Origin: an uncultured Aestuariivirga sp.
Lineage (GTDB): Bacteria > Pseudomonadota > Alphaproteobacteria > Rhizobiales > Aestuariivirgaceae
Length of the DNA stretch: 64,000 nucleotides
Reading direction: 5' to 3'
Assembly (NCBI GenBank): GCA_964510815.1
Contig: CAZECZ010000003.1
Span: 3,430-67,429, forward strand
Shown here: positions 60,798 through 64,000 of the stretch, piece after piece
How the letters are laid out: each line of letters starts with the position of its first letter
How positions within the stretch are numbered: position 1 is the stretch's first letter
Made by a program: the position numbers and the translations under genes
The notes under the pieces: generated by a model
What the model was told of the DNA's origin: nothing
Databases searched by the model: none
What the model saw: only the letters and a program-made list of their open reading frames with translations

Positions 60798-60871
60798 GGT
60801 TTCAAGGCGACTCCCCTCTGGACAGCCGGTTATAAGCGGTCTGCCACCCAGTGGAAAGCTTTAGGCGCCGC

Positions 60872-61630
60872 TCAGCACAGCTGGCAGCCGCCGCTGTCGC
60901 GCACCTCGTTGATGGCGGCGACCAGTCCATCCTTGGGCAGGTAGCCGGGCACCACCGTCTTGTCGATGATGAAGGCCGGAGTCCCGGTGATGGCGAGCGC
61001 CTGGGCCAGCTGGTGGTTGCGCCTCAGGATCTTGGCGATCTCCGGCGACTTCATGTCGGCCTTCAGCTTCGCCAGATCGAGCCCCACGTCGGCGGCGATC
61101 TCGTCCACGTTCGCCGCGGTGAGCTTGCCTTCATGGCTCAGCATCGCCACGTGGAAATCCCAGTACTTGCCCTGCTGCTTGGAGGCCAGAGCGGCCACGG
61201 CGGCATAGTCTGAATCACCGCCGAAGATCGGGAATTCCTTCATCACCAGCCGCAGGTTCTTGTCGCCGTCGAGCAGGCTCAGCACCTCGGGCAGGCCCTT
61301 CTTGCACCAGCCGCAATTGTAGTCGAAGAACTCGACCATGGTGACGTCGCCCTTGGGGTTGCCGCCCACCAGGTCGTCGCCGGAATTGAACAGTTCCTTG
61401 GCATGGGCGACCAGGGCAGCCTCGCGCTTCTTGTCCTCTTCGGCCTGCTGGCGGCTCTCCAGTTCCTTGCTCACCTCGAGCAGCAACTCCGGATTGTCGA
61501 GCAGATATTGCCGCACGACTTGCCCGATTTCCTTCTTCTGCTCCTCTGTAAAGTTATCCGCCCGGGCCGCCGCCGGCATGAGGCAGAGGGCGAGGGCGAA
61601 GAGGGCAGAAACGAGACGTATGGTCATCAT
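60872..61630 (-). CDS. DsbA/ScsC-family thiol-disulfide oxidoreductase
   Basis: Signal peptide; YLLDNPE, EFFDYNCGWCK, KEFPI, GTPAF. Confidence 0.9.
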   Translation of the reverse strand: MMTIRLVSALFALALCLMPAAARADNFTEEQKKEIGQVVRQYLLDNPELLLEVSKELESRQQAEEDKKREAALVAHAKELFNSGDDLVGGNPKGDVTMVEFFDYNCGWCKKGLPEVLSLLDGDKNLRLVMKEFPIFGGDSDYAAVAALASKQQGKYWDFHVAMLSHEGKLTAANVDEIAADVGLDLAKLKADMKSPEIAKILRRNHQLAQALAITGTPAFIIDKTVVPGYLPKDGLVAAINEVRDSGGCQLC

Positions 61631-61683
61631 GGGGTCCTTTGTGTTTGCCGCACTGTGCCGGAAGATTTCCCGCCGGTCCACGT

Positions 61684-63084
61684 TCACTTGCGTGAGGCGA
61701 AGGTCAAAATATCGTTAGCACGGGTCCATTCCGGGCTGCCCGTCTTGAACCGTGACTGGGCCGATTTGGCCTTGTCGACGGCAAGTTTGCGGTCGCCCCG
61801 CAGCAAGGCCGCCTCGGCGGTTGCCAGTTCGGCCCGGGCGACGTCGCCCAGCCGACCGTAGGCCATGGCCATGAAGGAGAATACCGCCGGTGTGTCGGGT
61901 TCGCTCCTTTGAGCCTGGCGCAGGAGCTTGATGGCCTCCTTGGCATCGCCGGGCTTTTCAGTTCCGATCAGGGCCTGCGCCATCAGGATTTGGATCAGGC
62001 CGTTTCGCGGCAGCATCTTTACAGCCTGACGCAACGGAGCGATCGCTTCGGCGGGCCGGCCGTTTTCGAGCAAGGCTTGGCCCTTCAGTTCAAAGAAATA
62101 GGGATCCTGCGGCAGGTCCCTGATGAGGCTCTCGATGACCGGCAGGGCGTTCTGGATGTCGCCCCGGCGGAATAGCGCGATCGCCCGCGCGTAACGGGCC
62201 GGCAGCGAGGTGTCGGAGGACGGATAGCGGCGCATCACCAGCTGCGGCGACTCGATGAATCCTGAGAGTTTCGCCTGCATCAGCTGATGGCGGAGCATCA
62301 GCGCCGGCCCATCCTGCTTGTTGTAATTGGGTGACTTCTTGGCCGCCAGTTCGAGATTGCGAATGCGATCGAACGGCATCGGATGGGACAGGACATAGGG
62401 ATCGACGTTCTGCAGCGACGCGATCGATTCATGAGCCAGCTTGTCGAACAGGGTAATCATGCCTTTGGCCGACTGGCCGGTGGCATTGAGATAGCGCAGC
62501 GCAGCCTGGTCGGCTGAGGCTTCCATCGACCGCTGATAGGCGAGAAAACTGCGCTGGGCCAAGCCCTGGCTTCCGATAACGACTCCGCTGCCAGCGCGCA
62601 TGGCATCACTGTTGCCGGACGCAGCACCGCCCGCCATGGCGGCGATCCCCACCAGCATGCCGATGATAGAGGTCGTGCTGGCGCGATCGAGTTCCACGCC
62701 CATACGCGCCAGATGCCCGCCGGCGATATGGCCGGTTTCGTGGGCCAGAACGCCAATCACTTCGTTCGGCGTCTTGGCCTGCATGAGGAGGCCGGTGTGG
62801 ATGAAGATGCGCTGGCCGCCCGACACGAACGCGTTGATGCGCGGATCGTTGATCAGATAGACACTCACGGACCGCGGGTTGAGGCCCGCCGCCTTGAACA
62901 CCGGTCGAGTATAAAGACGCATCAGGCCTTCGATTTCGGCGTCGCGGATGAGTTGCGGCGCTGACCGCGGAGCGGATTGCGCCACCGCCCGGCTCTCGCC
63001 GGCGGCCGCCACAACGATCATCATGATGATGACGGCAAGCCGCCTCAGCCCTGTCTTCATATCAAGCTGCATGACCCGCCTCAT
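61684..63084 (-). CDS. M48 family metalloprotease with TPR region (BepA/YfgC-like)
   Basis: IRDAEIE, INAF, HETGH, E..AD, LSHP; start uncertain. Confidence 0.9.
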   Translation of the reverse strand: MRRVMQLDMKTGLRRLAVIIMMIVVAAAGESRAVAQSAPRSAPQLIRDAEIEGLMRLYTRPVFKAAGLNPRSVSVYLINDPRINAFVSGGQRIFIHTGLLMQAKTPNEVIGVLAHETGHIAGGHLARMGVELDRASTTSIIGMLVGIAAMAGGAASGNSDAMRAGSGVVIGSQGLAQRSFLAYQRSMEASADQAALRYLNATGQSAKGMITLFDKLAHESIASLQNVDPYVLSHPMPFDRIRNLELAAKKSPNYNKQDGPALMLRHQLMQAKLSGFIESPQLVMRRYPSSDTSLPARYARAIALFRRGDIQNALPVIESLIRDLPQDPYFFELKGQALLENGRPAEAIAPLRQAVKMLPRNGLIQILMAQALIGTEKPGDAKEAIKLLRQAQRSEPDTPAVFSFMAMAYGRLGDVARAELATAEAALLRGDRKLAVDKAKSAQSRFKTGSPEWTRANDILTFASRK

Positions 63085-63111
63085 TCGACTGCGAATGAGG
63101 CGAGTTTGAGG

Positions 63112-63999
63112 CTACTTGCGGCTCCACCATCCCGTCTTGCGCTCGACGGTTTCAGCCTGAACGGTAGGGGCCGGTGGCTGCCAGCGGCGCGGCGGCTCCG
63201 CCGGTGCAGTGGCGGATGGCTCCGGTGCGGCAGGCGTCTCTCCGGCGGAAACGTCAGGGTTGGCCACTTCGATGGCGTTGGTCCCGTCAGTCTCATCCGG
63301 CGTTGTCTCTTCGCTGGCCACGCCGGTGCTCGAACTGTCCGCCTGATCAGCGGCCTTGGTGCGAGGCTTGCGGTCGCGCTGCCGGCTCGAACGTCCGCGG
63401 CGCGGCTTGTCCTCACGTGTTTCACCGCCCTCAGGCGATGACGGGCTGGCATCTTCGGCAGCGCTCTCGACGCTGGCTGGTTCTGCGTCAGCCGCTGCCT
63501 CTGCTTCCGACCCGCGGTGACTTTCCGGCGCCGGTTCAGCGTCGGCGTCTGCGCTGCCATCATCGCCGGACATTTCAACGTCAGGCTGTTCGCCGAGGCC
63601 TGGCACGTCGTCGCTCGTTGCGCCCTGCGCCTGCTGTTCGTCCTTGCTGCGGCCACCCCGGCGGCCACGGCGGCGGCGGCGCTTGCGTCCGCCCTCGGAC
63701 TTTTCGCCACCCTTGTCGGACTTGTCAGCGCGGGACTGCTCGCCATCGGCGGTGTCGTCACCGTCGCCATCTGCCTCTTCAGCCTCGGCGGTCTCCTCGA
63801 TGACGTCTTCGTCCTCATCCTCCGCGAAGGCCGAGTCGATCCGCACCGGCACCGCCTGCACCTTGCGCGGCGGGATGTTACGGTCCGTGGCGCGCTCGAT
63901 TACCGCCTGAGACCCCTTGAGGTCATCGCTCGGTGTCACGAAGACCGAGATGCCATAGGTCGTCTCGATGGTCAGCAGGTTATCGCGCTTTTCGTTGAG
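63112..63999 (-). CDS. rne: Ribonuclease E/G, C-terminal part (5' end lies outside the window)
   Basis: LNEKRDNL..IE..YG at the end of the catalytic domain; acidic disordered tail with RKRRRRRGRRGGR; terminal RKTGWW motif. Confidence 0.85.
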   Translation of the reverse strand, partial: LNEKRDNLLTIETTYGISVFVTPSDDLKGSQAVIERATDRNIPPRKVQAVPVRIDSAFAEDEDEDVIEETAEAEEADGDGDDTADGEQSRADKSDKGGEKSEGGRKRRRRRGRRGGRSKDEQQAQGATSDDVPGLGEQPDVEMSGDDGSADADAEPAPESHRGSEAEAAADAEPASVESAAEDASPSSPEGGETREDKPRRGRSSRQRDRKPRTKAADQADSSSTGVASEETTPDETDGTNAIEVANPDVSAGETPAAPEPSATAPAEPPRRWQPPAPTVQAETVERKTGWWSRK

Positions 64000-64000
64000 G

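Noticed and set aside
1..64000. Numerous long overlapping ORFs in the track (e.g. 3571-5355, 23607-24980, 55763-57322, 58524-59879)
   Set aside because: They are antisense or off-frame shadows of well-supported genes, expected in high-GC DNA, and show no recognisable motifs.

Overview
High-GC chromosomal segment of an alphaproteobacterium, most likely Hyphomicrobiales judging from gene content and CtrA-type motifs. Most of it is core genome: slt, dapA-smpB, udg, NYN, folK, nlpD-like, yajC-secD-secF, trmFO, kbl/tdh, corA, crcB-rluA-HAD-ATP12, pccB, rimO, aspS, nrdJ, NDUFA12-mlaD-DUF2155, aat-accC-accB-aroQ-dsbA-M48 and the 3' end of rne. Accessory genes are interspersed: two RTX proteins, three L,D-transpeptidases, DUF4153, DedA/PAP2 and a histone-H1-like protein. 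I saw no rRNA, tRNA, CRISPR array, transposase, integrase or phage genes. The main signals not explained by the gene list are five. (1) Three copies of a 118-bp two-hairpin intergenic element with CTAG-like ends; two overlap TAG stop codons, the insert is exactly 38 codons, and the diverged copy shows compensatory base changes. (2) A left-edge three-gene envelope module: Ig-like repeats with variable poly-Pro linkers plus an OmpA domain, an unlisted 46-aa membrane protein, and an HhH-type membrane protein. (3) A dense DnaA/NrdR/CtrA/GANTC cluster upstream of nrdJ, and a pure AAKK-repeat protein downstream of it. (4) A peroxiredoxin-like protein lacking its peroxidatic Cys and a Tdh lacking all four structural-zinc Cys. 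(5) An FNR/FixK-like box centred 41.5 bp before an MgtC/DUF4010 start codon. All family calls come from motif recognition by eye; no database searches were run.
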